Below are positions 1 through 9,436 of a DNA stretch of 49,490 nt, in pieces. Origin of the DNA: Eubacteriales bacterium (GTDB taxonomy: Bacteria; Bacillota; Clostridia; Oscillospirales; CAG-272); NCBI GenBank assembly GCA_045586515.1, contig JAZNAM010000004.1, forward strand, positions 1 to 49,490, written 5' to 3'. Made by a program: the position numbers and the translations under genes. Within the stretch, counting starts at the first letter, position 1. Each line of letters opens with the position of its first letter. Below the pieces are notes generated by a model. The model searched no databases, was not told the DNA's origin, and worked only from the letters and a program-made list of their open reading frames with translations.

Positions 1-79
1 AAACATTACTCCAGAATTATTATAAGTATCTCATGCGATCAAAAAATCTTAATAACTGATATTTTTGTGAGGAACTTGT

Positions 80-739
80 ATGCAAGACCTTTTACAATAT
101 AAAACAGCACTTGATTCGAAATTGCACAATAAGTACATTGAACAACTTTCACTTTTGATGTTAAAATATATATGTCCAGATTCATATTCTAATCTTTCTC
201 TTGCTGATTCGCCAGATTTGCAATCATTGGATATGTCGATTGGAATAGAGGTTACCGAAGCTATTTCGCAGTCAATAGCAAGAATCGACGGTGAATTTGT
301 AAAGATGAGATTTGGTAAAAAAGAAACCGACGCTCGTTTATTGTGCAAGAAAAAAATAGAATTGAATGGTGGGGAAGTTGATGATATTTCTCTTTCATAT
401 CCACCAATCACTTCGAAAGAAGAAATTAAAATTTTTCAAAATGCAGTTCAACGAAAAATGCCACTGTTACCGACCTATCGAGATAAAGGATTTCAAAAAG
501 TCGGATTGTTTGTTTTTTATGATCAGCCACCTATTCCATTCGATTTTGCCGATTCTTTAGAATGGTTTGCTGAAATTCAAAGAAAATATCATGATAATTA
601 TGATTTTTTATTTTTTGGCTACCACTGCGGAATAATTCAATACGATTTCAAAAAAATGATCTTTGACACATATAGAATAGGACAAAGTGCTTTTCACAAT
701 ATGTGTATATTGGCACGAAATGAAGTTGAGAAAAAATAA
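80..739 (+). CDS. Hypothetical protein, possible PD-(D/E)XK restriction-endonuclease-like fold (AT-rich accessory gene)
   Basis: 219-aa ORF with GAGGA RBS; motif SPDLQS..IGIEVT resembles the PD..(D/E)xK-type core; sequence visibly AT-rich relative to the window. Confidence 0.5.
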   Translation: MQDLLQYKTALDSKLHNKYIEQLSLLMLKYICPDSYSNLSLADSPDLQSLDMSIGIEVTEAISQSIARIDGEFVKMRFGKKETDARLLCKKKIELNGGEVDDISLSYPPITSKEEIKIFQNAVQRKMPLLPTYRDKGFQKVGLFVFYDQPPIPFDFADSLEWFAEIQRKYHDNYDFLFFGYHCGIIQYDFKKMIFDTYRIGQSAFHNMCILARNEVEKK

Positions 740-751
740 CAAAATATATTG

Positions 752-955
752 AAAAATCCCTAAAACCGTGTTATAATAGGTTTGTCACACAAACTGAATA
801 ATCGGATTTTAGGGGTATTTTCTTTATTGGGGGATACTATACCCTTTTTTCGGCTACGCTTAAGTTATATGAGTTTGGCAAAAATGCGAACTCCACTAAC
901 TTGAGTGTAGCGAGTAATATCTCTATTCCGATTAGTTTGTGTGACAACAATCGGA
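752..955. repeat. Nested inverted-repeat region, possible IS-end/MITE remnant
   Basis: Perfect 14-bp IR TTGTCACACAAACT 782-795 / AGTTTGTGTGACAA 934-947; hairpin GCTACGCTTAAGTTA 853-867 / TAACTTGAGTGTAGC 897-911; local stems around each IR copy. Confidence 0.5.
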
Positions 956-1020
956 GTTTGCGTTTTTCGGTGTGCATAGCTTCGGTTGTGCACACCTTTT
1001 TGTTTTTGGAGGAAAAGATT

Positions 1021-2226
1021 ATGAAAAAAACGTGTTCAATTTGTAAAAGCGAATTGGATATGGGCATTACCCGTATTGTACAAGTTAAAGGTAAAGATTG
1101 GGTCTGTAGAGAATGTCTAAAAAAGGCAAACATATCTGTTATGTCAGCTTCGGGAAAAACTGCAAGTGAAATCTCTGCGTTAGTACCATTGCAAAGTGAA
1201 AATGATAACAAATATTGCTCCAACTGTGGCTCTCAATTGAATGGAGCAAACTTTTGCCCACAATGCGGAGCTGCCATTTATGCAGCAACCGAAATGAAAA
1301 GCAATCAAATTAGCACACCTATGGCATCTAATTATGATGTGAATATGCCACAGAAAAACAAATCTATGGGTGAAGCTATTAAAAAGGGACTTGCAATTTC
1401 GGCTATCGTTTTAGTTTTGTTTTTTGGAATAATAGTTGCTCTGGCATTGTTATTGCCTGAAAATGGACAACCTGATTTAGAAAGCCAGCAAACAAACACA
1501 GAAAGCGAAATTATTTTGAAACCATCTCCGATAGCATTTATAAATCGAACCTATGAAATAGATTATGTTGGCGGAGTACAATGGACGTTTGAAATAAAGA
1601 ACAATTCAGAAAAAGAAATAAAATATGTAACTCTTGAGTGGAGTTGCTGTGATTCGGTAGGCGAACCGATATACGACGATATTACAGGGAAAAATATTGT
1701 TGGTTATAAATTCCCAGGTCCTTGGGAAAGTGGCGAAACAAAGCGTTATCAAACCGACAATACTTCAAAATTTTACAACCACGCCTATGCACAATCAAAG
1801 CTTGTCACCATAAAAGTCGAATTCATGGATGGAGAAATAGTCGATATCAATAGCAAAGAATACACGGATATTTTTAAAACAACTTCGTTAAACATTCCAA
1901 CATTACCCTATACAGTTAATAAAAATGCAGATCAACCTTGTTGCACAATAACAAAAATAGAATATGAGTTTTTTGATTATACCACTTATCACACTGACGG
2001 AAAATTTATAACTAATGATTTTGAAATCAGTATATACGGTGAGTATGATGAAGAATTTGCCCCAGATCAATATCAATTAATTGGTAAATTGATTAATTCT
2101 AAGGGTGAGACGATTCTTGACTTTATTGTAGATTTTGACTATTCAGGACGTTATCATAAGCGCGCCCTTGATAGTATAGATCCCGGAGAAACGTATACAT
2201 TAGAGTTTTGTTATGAAAGCAAATAA
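1021..2226 (+). CDS. Double zinc-ribbon, single-TM membrane protein with extracellular beta-rich domain(s)
   Basis: ATG 1021 after GGAGG; CSIC..CREC and YCSNCG..FCPQCG zinc ribbons; hydrophobic helix AISAIVLVLFFGIIVALALLL; acidic C-terminal domain. Confidence 0.7.
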   Translation: MKKTCSICKSELDMGITRIVQVKGKDWVCRECLKKANISVMSASGKTASEISALVPLQSENDNKYCSNCGSQLNGANFCPQCGAAIYAATEMKSNQISTPMASNYDVNMPQKNKSMGEAIKKGLAISAIVLVLFFGIIVALALLLPENGQPDLESQQTNTESEIILKPSPIAFINRTYEIDYVGGVQWTFEIKNNSEKEIKYVTLEWSCCDSVGEPIYDDITGKNIVGYKFPGPWESGETKRYQTDNTSKFYNHAYAQSKLVTIKVEFMDGEIVDINSKEYTDIFKTTSLNIPTLPYTVNKNADQPCCTITKIEYEFFDYTTYHTDGKFITNDFEISIYGEYDEEFAPDQYQLIGKLINSKGETILDFIVDFDYSGRYHKRALDSIDPGETYTLEFCYESK

Positions 2227-2241
2227 ATACACTTTTGAAAT

Positions 2242-2337
2242 TGGCATCTATTAAGGATGCACATAAAACCGCTTCAAAAGTTGCACCCCCCTTGATTTTA
2301 TTGACTTTCCCGTGGTGGCATCAATTTAGGATGCACA
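2242..2337. repeat. Pair of 22-bp imperfect direct repeats with GCATC-N7-GATGC dyad at the island boundary (att-like)
   Basis: TGGCATCTATTAAGGATGCACA 2242-2263 vs TGGCATCAATTTAGGATGCACA 2316-2337 (20/22), located at the AT-rich to GC-rich transition. Confidence 0.6.
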
Positions 2338-2342
2338 ACACA

Positions 2343-2383
2343 AAAAGAGAACAGCCACCCAATCGGGTGGCTGTTCTCTTTTT
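2343..2383. terminator. Bidirectional rho-independent terminator
   Basis: AAAAGAGAACAGCCACCC-AATC-GGGTGGCTGTTCTCTTTT stem with A/T tracts. Confidence 0.8.
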
Positions 2384-2449
2384 GCTTGCGGACGCGGCTT
2401 GTGCCGCGTGTCTTCCCGGGTTATGAGATCGACGAGCGTAGCTCGTTGG

Positions 2450-2563
2450 GGGAGTGCGGACACGCGCTGCCGGTGGCAGAAGCCGCGTGTCCGCACGAGT
2501 GGCCGCGGTCGAAAAAATCAAGGAAAGCGAGAGCCCGCAGATTTTTTCGTGCACCGCAACAGG
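2450..2563 (+). repeat. Structured ~114-nt non-coding element, copy 1 (homologous to 44588-44698)
   Basis: Ordered motifs GCGCTGCCGGTGGCAGA, GAGTGGCnGCnGTCG, AAGCGAG and GCAACAGG shared with copy 2; two long stems. Confidence 0.7.
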
Positions 2564-2658
2564 GCTTTTTCGCACTTGCTTTTGGGTTAATCTCCCCCCC
2601 CTCGCGGCAGAATGGGGGAATCGCAACATAAAAAACGACAAAAATATCCACAATCCTA

Positions 2659-2687
2659 TTGCACTTTCCATCATTTTATGATAAAAT
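2659..2687 (+). promoter_or_regulatory. sigmaA-type promoter of pfkA
   Basis: TTGCAC-17 bp-TAAAAT with extended TG. Confidence 0.55.
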
Positions 2688-2791
2688 TGATGCGTTAATG
2701 GAAATCTTTCGACTCGGAAGGGTTTAGGATGCGCTTGCTTCACCCAACATACGAAAAGCAAGCAAAGATCAAAGCAAAGGATATAGAAACG

Positions 2792-3913
2792 ATGAAAGAA
2801 ATTAAGAGAGTTGCGATTTTGACCGCAGGCGGCGATTGCCCCGGCCTCAATCCTGTGATTCGTGCGGTTGTCAAGACTGCCATCACCAAATACGGCCTTG
2901 AGGTAATGGGTGTCCGTCACGGTTATTTTGGCCTTTACCATGGTGATTTTATCAAGCTCAGTCTTGAGGACGTTGAGGAGATCATTACAAAGGGCGGTAC
3001 CATTCTTTACAGCTCTAACAAAGATAATTTGTTCCAATACCCTGTGAAGGATGAAACCGGAAATCTTGTCCGCGACGAGAACGGAAAGCTTGTATATGAG
3101 GACGTTTCCGACGTGGCGGTTGAGAATTTGAAGAAGGCGGGCATTGATGCGCTCTTCATTCTTGGCGGTGACGGATCTCTTACCTCGGCAAGAGATTTTG
3201 CGCGCAAGGGCGTGAACGTCGTCGGCATTCCCAAGACGATTGATAACGATCTGGCGCACACCGATTACACCTTCGGTTTTGATACCGCTATTTCCGTAGC
3301 CACCGATGGCCTTGACAGAGTGCGCACCACCGGCATGTCCCACCACAGAATCATGGTGGTGGAGATCATGGGCAGAGGCGCGGGTTGGCTGGCGCTGCAC
3401 GCAGGCATTGCGGGCGCTGCGGATGCCATTTTGCTCCCCGAAATCCCCTACGACATCAACAAAATTGCAGAAAAGATCAAAGCAGACAAGGCAAACGGCA
3501 AGGATTTCTCGATTGTTGCTGTTTCCGAGGGTGCCAAGGCAAAGGACGGCAAGCTGGTTGTTTCGAAGATCATTGAGGATAGTGCGGATTCCATCCGTCT
3601 TGGCGGTGTAGGCGCCGTGGTTGCGGATCAGCTGGAGAAGCTGACGGGCTCTGAGGCAAGAGCAACCGCGCTCGGTCACATTCAACGCGGTGGTACGCCC
3701 ACGGCACATGACAGAGTGCTTTCCTCCCGTTATGGCTATGCGGCGGTAGAGCTTTGCATGAAGGGCGGTTTTGGTAGAATGGTTGCGATGCAAGGCGACG
3801 AGATCGTGAACGTTTCTCTTGAGGACGTGATCGGTCAGAAGACCAAGAACGTTGATCCCAATGGCGAGCTTGTTGCTATGGCAAAGGCCATGGGCGTCTG
3901 CTTCGGCGACTGA
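2792..3913 (+). CDS. pfkA: ATP-dependent 6-phosphofructokinase
   Basis: TAGGDCPGLN, GGDGS, PKTIDND, EIMGR, LGHIQRGG motifs; start moved to ATG 2792 (MKEIKRV). Confidence 0.95.
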   Translation: MKEIKRVAILTAGGDCPGLNPVIRAVVKTAITKYGLEVMGVRHGYFGLYHGDFIKLSLEDVEEIITKGGTILYSSNKDNLFQYPVKDETGNLVRDENGKLVYEDVSDVAVENLKKAGIDALFILGGDGSLTSARDFARKGVNVVGIPKTIDNDLAHTDYTFGFDTAISVATDGLDRVRTTGMSHHRIMVVEIMGRGAGWLALHAGIAGAADAILLPEIPYDINKIAEKIKADKANGKDFSIVAVSEGAKAKDGKLVVSKIIEDSADSIRLGGVGAVVADQLEKLTGSEARATALGHIQRGGTPTAHDRVLSSRYGYAAVELCMKGGFGRMVAMQGDEIVNVSLEDVIGQKTKNVDPNGELVAMAKAMGVCFGD

Positions 3914-3932
3914 TTTTTATATTGATACACAT

Positions 3933-3960
3933 AAATGGCGGGACTCGTTCCCGCCATTTT
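3933..3960 (+). terminator. Rho-independent terminator
   Basis: AAATGGCGGGA-CTCGT-TCCCGCCATTTT. Confidence 0.8.
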
Positions 3961-4104
3961 ATATGTGCAGGCGTGCCGGTGACTGGTGCAGTGCGCTATT
4001 TTAAAATGTCAAAACGCCTTGCATTTTCCCATTTTATATAGTATAATGTTTTCATAACATAAAAATGCGACGTTACAATGTGACAAGCAGCAAAGGAGTT
4101 TAAA

Positions 4105-5694
4105 ATGGAAGGAACTTTTTGGGCGTTTATGCCCGCGATTATCGCTATCGTCCTTGCCTTGGTAACGAAACAGGTTTACGTTTCGCTTTTCCTCGGTATT
4201 TTCGTTGGTGCGATGATGTATGTGGGGGGCAACCCATTGAAGGCACTTTTCACCTTGTTCCAGGTGATGAGCGAGAAGGTTGGCGCGAATACGCCGATCA
4301 TTGTCTTCCTTGTTGTATTGGGTATTCTGGTCGTTTTGATGCAGAAGTCGGGTGGCGCGAAGGCGTACGGTGACTGGGCAGGCAAAAAGATCAAGTCCAA
4401 GGGTGGAGCACTTGCCGCGACGGCAGGACTTGGCTGCCTGATTTTTGTGGATGACTATTTCAACTGCCTCACGGTTGGCTCGGTCATGCGCCCTGTAACG
4501 GACAAGTTTAAGATCTCGCGTGCTAAGCTTGCGTACATCATTGACGCGACCGCGGCTCCTGTTTGTATCATCGCCCCGATCTCCAGCTGGGCGGCTGCCG
4601 TGGCAGGCGAGTTGGAGGGTGACGGACTCGTGGTGTTTATGAGCACTATCCCGTTCAACGTATACGCACTTTTGACGCTGGTAATGGTGTTTACGCTTTG
4701 TTTTGTAAAGTTTGATTTTGGCAAAATGAAGCGCGACGATGCCGTGGCGGAGCAGACGGGTGACGTACATGCGGGCGTCGAGCTGGATGCAAAGGAAAAT
4801 GCCGTTATCAGCGTTAACGCCAACGGCAAGGTGCGCCATCTGCTCATTCCCGTTGCCATTTTGATTGCTTCTTGTATCGGTGGTATGATTTATACCGGTT
4901 TCTTCTACAACTGGGATACAGGTCTTATCGGCAAGGAATTGCAGTCTGCCAACGTGATCGAGGCATTTTCTAACTGTGATGCCGGCATGTCGCTCGCCAT
5001 TGGATCGACGGTGGCGCTGTTTGTAATTGCGGCATACTACATGTTTGGTAAGGTCGTTTCCTTTAAAGAGGTGACGGGCAGCTTTACCGAGGGGTTTAAG
5101 GCAATGGTGCCTGCTATCCTGATCCTGACCTTCGCGTGGTCGATTTCGGGTATTATGGGTGCAAAGGGCGGCTATCTTGACGCGCAGGCGTTCGTGCAGA
5201 ATAACCTTGCAAACAGTGCCTTCCCGCAGTTCCTTTTCCCGGCGATCTTCTTTGTGCTTGCGGGACTGATCGCGTTCTCGACCGGCACCTCTTGGGGTAC
5301 GTTCGGCGTGCTCGTCCCCATTGCCGTTACCATTTTGGGCGGCAGTGGTACGCTTGCCCTGATGACTGTTTCGGCAACGCTTGGTGGTGCGGTATTCGGC
5401 GACCATATTTCTCCCATTTCCGACACGACCATTCTCGCGTCTGCGGGCGCGCAGTGTAACCATGTGGAGCACGTTAACACCCAGTTGCCCTATGCGGCAC
5501 TCGTGGCGGGCATCTCGGTCGTTGCCTACTTGATTGCAGGTGCTTGCGTTGGCCTTGGCGGCGTGCTTTCGGGCATCATTATGTGGGCTTGTGCGCTTGT
5601 GATGTTTGCAGGTGTGGTGTTTGCGATCAAGGGCATTCAGAAGAAGAAAGCGAATGCTGCCCTTTCTGATAGTGCAGACAAAGAGGCAGAGTAA
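4105..5694 (+). CDS. Na+/H+ antiporter NhaC family transporter (likely amino-acid transporter subgroup)
   Basis: Multi-TM; FVDDYFN, DATAAP, GTSWGTF, GDHISPISDTT motifs; AAGGAG RBS. Confidence 0.9.
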   Translation: MEGTFWAFMPAIIAIVLALVTKQVYVSLFLGIFVGAMMYVGGNPLKALFTLFQVMSEKVGANTPIIVFLVVLGILVVLMQKSGGAKAYGDWAGKKIKSKGGALAATAGLGCLIFVDDYFNCLTVGSVMRPVTDKFKISRAKLAYIIDATAAPVCIIAPISSWAAAVAGELEGDGLVVFMSTIPFNVYALLTLVMVFTLCFVKFDFGKMKRDDAVAEQTGDVHAGVELDAKENAVISVNANGKVRHLLIPVAILIASCIGGMIYTGFFYNWDTGLIGKELQSANVIEAFSNCDAGMSLAIGSTVALFVIAAYYMFGKVVSFKEVTGSFTEGFKAMVPAILILTFAWSISGIMGAKGGYLDAQAFVQNNLANSAFPQFLFPAIFFVLAGLIAFSTGTSWGTFGVLVPIAVTILGGSGTLALMTVSATLGGAVFGDHISPISDTTILASAGAQCNHVEHVNTQLPYAALVAGISVVAYLIAGACVGLGGVLSGIIMWACALVMFAGVVFAIKGIQKKKANAALSDSADKEAE

Positions 5695-5814
5695 ATAATA
5701 ACGTTAGGCCGCGGTTGCACGAGATTGGCAACCGCGGCGTTTCGTTTTGGCTGGACAATTTGCGAAAAGCATGGTATAATCAATTTTGATGGATGCACCA
5801 AAGGAGGGAAGCGT

Positions 5815-6822
5815 ATGGAATACAGAGCATTGGGAAAAACAGGTCTTACCATTTCGCGACTTGGTTTTGGCGGCATTCCGATCCAGAAAATTGATGCGAG
5901 CGGTACAAGGGCATTGGTCGATGAGTTGATCGCGCAAGGCGTGAACTTTATCGACACTGCAAGAGGATATACCGTAAGCGAAGAATACCTGGGCTTTGCG
6001 CTGGAAGGGCGGAGAGATCGCTTTGTGCTTGCCACCAAAAGCATGGCGCGCACCAAAGAGGCAATGGAACGGGATATTGACATCAGCCGCACGAATCTCC
6101 GAACAGACTACATTGATCTTTACCAGATCCATAACCCTGGCCCCAAGGATTTAGAGCAAGTAACAGCCCCCGGTGGCGCGCTGGAAGCGTTGCTGGAGGC
6201 AAAGGCGGCAGGGAAGATCGGGCATATCGGCATCACGCTTCATTCTGTGGAGCTTTTTGCGCAGGCGTTGGAGCTGCCGTGGGTGGAAACGATCATGTTC
6301 CCCTATAACATTGTGGAAACGCAGGGCGAGGCACTCATTGCGCGTTGCGCCGAAAAGAACATTGGCTTTATTTGCATGAAGCCCTTGGCTGGTGGCGCGA
6401 TTGAGGATGGCAACGTTGCGCTTCGCTTTATTGTGAGCAACCCCGACGTCACGGTGGTGATCCCCGGCATGGCGGATAAAGCGGAGATTGCGCACAACAC
6501 AGCGGCTGTTGCCAATACGGCGCTGCTTGACGAAAACGAGCAGGAAGAGATTGCTAAGATCAAAGCGCTGCTCGGCACGAATTTCTGCCGCCGCTGTAAC
6601 TACTGTGCCCCTTGCAGCGTGGGCATCAATATCCCCGGCGTATTTCTCTTTGAGGGATATTATAGCCGTTATAATTTAAAGGATTGGGCGAAGGATCGCT
6701 ATGCACAGTTGCCAAAAACCGCATCTGATTGCATCGGTTGCGGCGTTTGCGAGGGGCGTTGTCCCTACAACCTCCCGATTCGCGAGATGCTGCAAAAAGT
6801 GGCACGCGTCATGGGAAAATAA
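5815..6822 (+). CDS. Aldo/keto reductase with C-terminal 4Fe-4S dicluster domain
   Basis: YRALGKTG, FIDTARGY, DYIDLYQIH, MKPLAGG; CRRCNYCAPC and CIGCGVCEGRCP. Confidence 0.9.
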   Translation: MEYRALGKTGLTISRLGFGGIPIQKIDASGTRALVDELIAQGVNFIDTARGYTVSEEYLGFALEGRRDRFVLATKSMARTKEAMERDIDISRTNLRTDYIDLYQIHNPGPKDLEQVTAPGGALEALLEAKAAGKIGHIGITLHSVELFAQALELPWVETIMFPYNIVETQGEALIARCAEKNIGFICMKPLAGGAIEDGNVALRFIVSNPDVTVVIPGMADKAEIAHNTAAVANTALLDENEQEEIAKIKALLGTNFCRRCNYCAPCSVGINIPGVFLFEGYYSRYNLKDWAKDRYAQLPKTASDCIGCGVCEGRCPYNLPIREMLQKVARVMGK

Positions 6823-6830
6823 TCATGGTA

Positions 6831-6860
6831 AAGGGGCGCCCTGTTGGGGTGCCCTTTTTT
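6831..6860 (+). terminator. Rho-independent terminator
   Basis: AAGGGGCGCCC..GGGTGCCCTTTTTT. Confidence 0.7.
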
Positions 6861-7025
6861 CGTTTGGTTCGTGAGTCCACGCAAGAGAGCAGGGATGTTT
6901 AATATCGCGCTTTCTGAGGTGGAGCTATTGTCTTTGTCAAACGAAAGTCGTGCATTGACAAGGCGGCGTACGCAGTATATAATAGAGGTGTGAATTTCTT
7001 TCATATGTGAGAAAGGGAGTACGCA

Positions 7026-7592
7026 ATGGAAACACAGAAGATCAAGGCGATGCTGTCTGCCGCGAAGCACAGGAGTCTATCCAAGGCAGCAGCAGAAGTG
7101 TCTTATACCCCCTCTGCCATGTCACATATTGCGGACGCAATCGAGCGCGAGCTCGGCGTGAAGATCTTGGTGCGCACGCCGCTTGGCGTGACGCTTACCG
7201 AAGAGGGCGAGGCGCTCTACGATCGCATGGTGGCGCTTGTCGAGGCGGAACGCGAACTTGTGCAGGCGGCACGTACGCTTGCACAGGATTGTTTGTGCAT
7301 CGGTGCCCGCACGAGGGTATCGCTTGGTATGCTGTACGAAATCGTGGACGGTTTTCGCGCGGCGCACCCCGGCATACGTATTTCGATGGCGGTAGAGGAT
7401 GACCTGCAGCTGGGACTTGAGAACGAGCAAGTGGACGTAGTTTTCACCGATGAGCCAACGGTTGAGCACAATAAATGGCTACCGGTGGGGGAGGATCAAG
7501 AAAATCGCATCGTCGGCTTTGCCTTTCGCAGTGGAGGAGTGCGCACAAGTGCCGTGCGTGCGTTTGCCGATTATCTCAAAACGATAGTGTGA
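7026..7592 (+). CDS. LysR-family transcriptional regulator with internally shortened effector domain
   Basis: SLSKAAAEVSYTPSAMSH..IERELGVKILVRT..LTEEG HTH; only 188 aa. Confidence 0.8.
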   Translation: METQKIKAMLSAAKHRSLSKAAAEVSYTPSAMSHIADAIERELGVKILVRTPLGVTLTEEGEALYDRMVALVEAERELVQAARTLAQDCLCIGARTRVSLGMLYEIVDGFRAAHPGIRISMAVEDDLQLGLENEQVDVVFTDEPTVEHNKWLPVGEDQENRIVGFAFRSGGVRTSAVRAFADYLKTIV

Positions 7593-7652
7593 AACCCTTG
7601 CGAGATGTCACGGTTCGTGATGTGCTGAAACAAATGGAAAGGGGGTGCGCGT

Positions 7653-8519
7653 TTGTTTGCACCGAAGTATTATAGCGCGTTTCGCTGTCTGGCAGACGCT
7701 TGCACGCACAGTTGTTGCGTGGGCTGGGAGATCGACGTGGATGCGGATACGCTGGCGTATTACCGCGCGCTCCCTTCGCCCATAAAAGAAGAAATCCTTT
7801 GCGGCATTACCTGTGGAGAGGAGGGGGCGCATTTTGCACTTTGTGCAAATGGAAAGTGCCCCAATCTTGACGAGAGGGGACTGTGCCGTATCATCAGCGC
7901 CCTTGGCGAAGGGGCGCTTTGCGATATTTGTCGTGAGCACCCACGCTTTTATAACGAGGTGTCGGGTCGCTTGGAGGTGGGGCTTGGTGCCGCGTGCGAA
8001 GCGGCGGCAGCACTCATTTTAAGCGCGGATACGTATGCGGAGATTGTGCCGCTTGACGCGGAGGAAGGCGAAGTTTGTGTCGGCGGCTTTGACGCGGTTT
8101 CGGCACGTGCCGCACTTTACGCGCTGCTTGGAGATCGCGCGAGGGATTATGATGCGCGCCGCGAGACGCTTGGTGTCACGTACGGCTTTGCGTGGCACGC
8201 CAAGGCGGCAACGGAGCGCCTTTTGGTGCTTGAATTCATGGATGAAGCGCACCGCGACTTGCTTTTGAGCGCGGCGGGGGCGAAAAGAGGGGGCGCACAT
8301 GATCTTGCGAGTGAGCGATTTCTTGCCTACCTGATCTATCGCCACGCAAGCGCGGCAGAGAGTGCCGAGGCGTTTGGCGCGGCGGTGCGTATGGCGCTCT
8401 TTATCGAGGGGTTGTTTGCACGTCTTGTGGAAAACGGCTTGGATGAAGTGCAAGCGGCGATCCTGCTTTCCGAGGAACTCGAGTATTCCGAAGAAAATAC
8501 AGCAGCACTGTTGCAATGA
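7653..8519 (+). CDS. FliB / flagellin lysine-N-methylase family protein (Cys-cluster)
   Basis: PKYYSAFRCLADACTHSCCVGWEIDVD, CPNLD..GLCRI, LCDICREHPRF, C-terminal ELEYSEEN; start uncertain. Confidence 0.8.
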   Translation: MFAPKYYSAFRCLADACTHSCCVGWEIDVDADTLAYYRALPSPIKEEILCGITCGEEGAHFALCANGKCPNLDERGLCRIISALGEGALCDICREHPRFYNEVSGRLEVGLGAACEAAAALILSADTYAEIVPLDAEEGEVCVGGFDAVSARAALYALLGDRARDYDARRETLGVTYGFAWHAKAATERLLVLEFMDEAHRDLLLSAAGAKRGGAHDLASERFLAYLIYRHASAAESAEAFGAAVRMALFIEGLFARLVENGLDEVQAAILLSEELEYSEENTAALLQ

Positions 8520-8552
8520 AAAAAGCGGAGAACCCGATTGTTCTCCGCTTTT
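8519..8552. terminator. Bidirectional terminator between convergent genes
   Basis: AAAAAGCGGAGAAC..GTTCTCCGCTTTT. Confidence 0.8.
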
Positions 8553-8553
8553 C

Positions 8554-9351
8554 TTACATTTCAGAGATTTTTTTGATGCGTTCGTAGCACGTGGTGAGAA
8601 ATTCTTCGTGCGACATTTTGTGATAATCCGCTCTGTTTTGGAACACCTCCAACATCAGCGAGCCTGTATAGCCATACTCGTCGAGTTTGCGCATCATCTG
8701 CGCGTAATCGTACGTGCCGTCAAAGGGGAGCAAATGCTCGTCACCATCCCCTGTCTTATCCAGAAGCGGACGGCTGTGGTTGTCGTGAATGTGCGTGCAG
8801 ATGACGCGATCAGTGAAAACGTCAAGGAGCTTGATCGTCTTGGTATAGCAATGCTCGTGCCCGCAGTCAAAGCAGAAGCGCACGTTGTCGATCTTCTCAT
8901 AGCGGTCGACCAGGCACGCAAGGTTGCCGAGCATGCGTAGATTCTCGAAAGCGAGCGTGATGTCGCGCTCTTTGGCGTAGAGCACAAGCTCGTCAAATCG
9001 GGCAAGCCCCAGGTCGTTTACCTGCGGCGCATTCCAACCGCTGGATACGTGGGTGATGACGGTTGGCACGTCGTTATTGGCTGCTGCGTCGATTGACTTT
9101 TTCATATAGTCAAACACTGTGAGGTAGGAAGACCCCGGCATCCACATTTCGTTGATGCTGTAAAAGGGGGCGTGGATAAATTCATACGTGAGGCCAAGTT
9201 CTTTGGCGCGCGCTTGAATTTTTGCCACGTCATCGTTTTGATATTCGCCCGTAAAAAAGGTTTCAAAGCCTGCCGCTTTGATTTTGTCAAGTGTATCCAC
9301 TGTGTCGATGTCGCACAGGCAATTTGCGATAATGCCAAGTTTTCGTTTCAT
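8554..9351 (-). CDS. Sugar phosphate isomerase/epimerase (xylose-isomerase-like TIM barrel)
   Basis: IHAPF, LAFENL, FDCGH, THIHDN, HLLPFDG, LEV metal-binding pattern. Confidence 0.85.
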   Translation of the reverse strand: MKRKLGIIANCLCDIDTVDTLDKIKAAGFETFFTGEYQNDDVAKIQARAKELGLTYEFIHAPFYSINEMWMPGSSYLTVFDYMKKSIDAAANNDVPTVITHVSSGWNAPQVNDLGLARFDELVLYAKERDITLAFENLRMLGNLACLVDRYEKIDNVRFCFDCGHEHCYTKTIKLLDVFTDRVICTHIHDNHSRPLLDKTGDGDEHLLPFDGTYDYAQMMRKLDEYGYTGSLMLEVFQNRADYHKMSHEEFLTTCYERIKKISEM

Positions 9352-9436
9352 AAAAAGGCCCCCTTTGGCTCACTCTGTGTTCAGTATAGCATCGTTTTTT
9401 TGAAAACGCAAGAGATTTGTCGAAATAGGGCAAAAG

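Noticed and set aside
2497-2563. Structured element as a group II intron domain V or an HDV/hammerhead ribozyme
   Set aside because: CGC/AGC next to a bulged stem is suggestive, but the stem length and bulge do not fit domain V, and the ribozyme core motifs were not found on either strand.
2690-2790. Riboswitch in the ~100-nt pfkA leader
   Set aside because: No known aptamer consensus or expression platform recognised; an Rfam scan would settle it.
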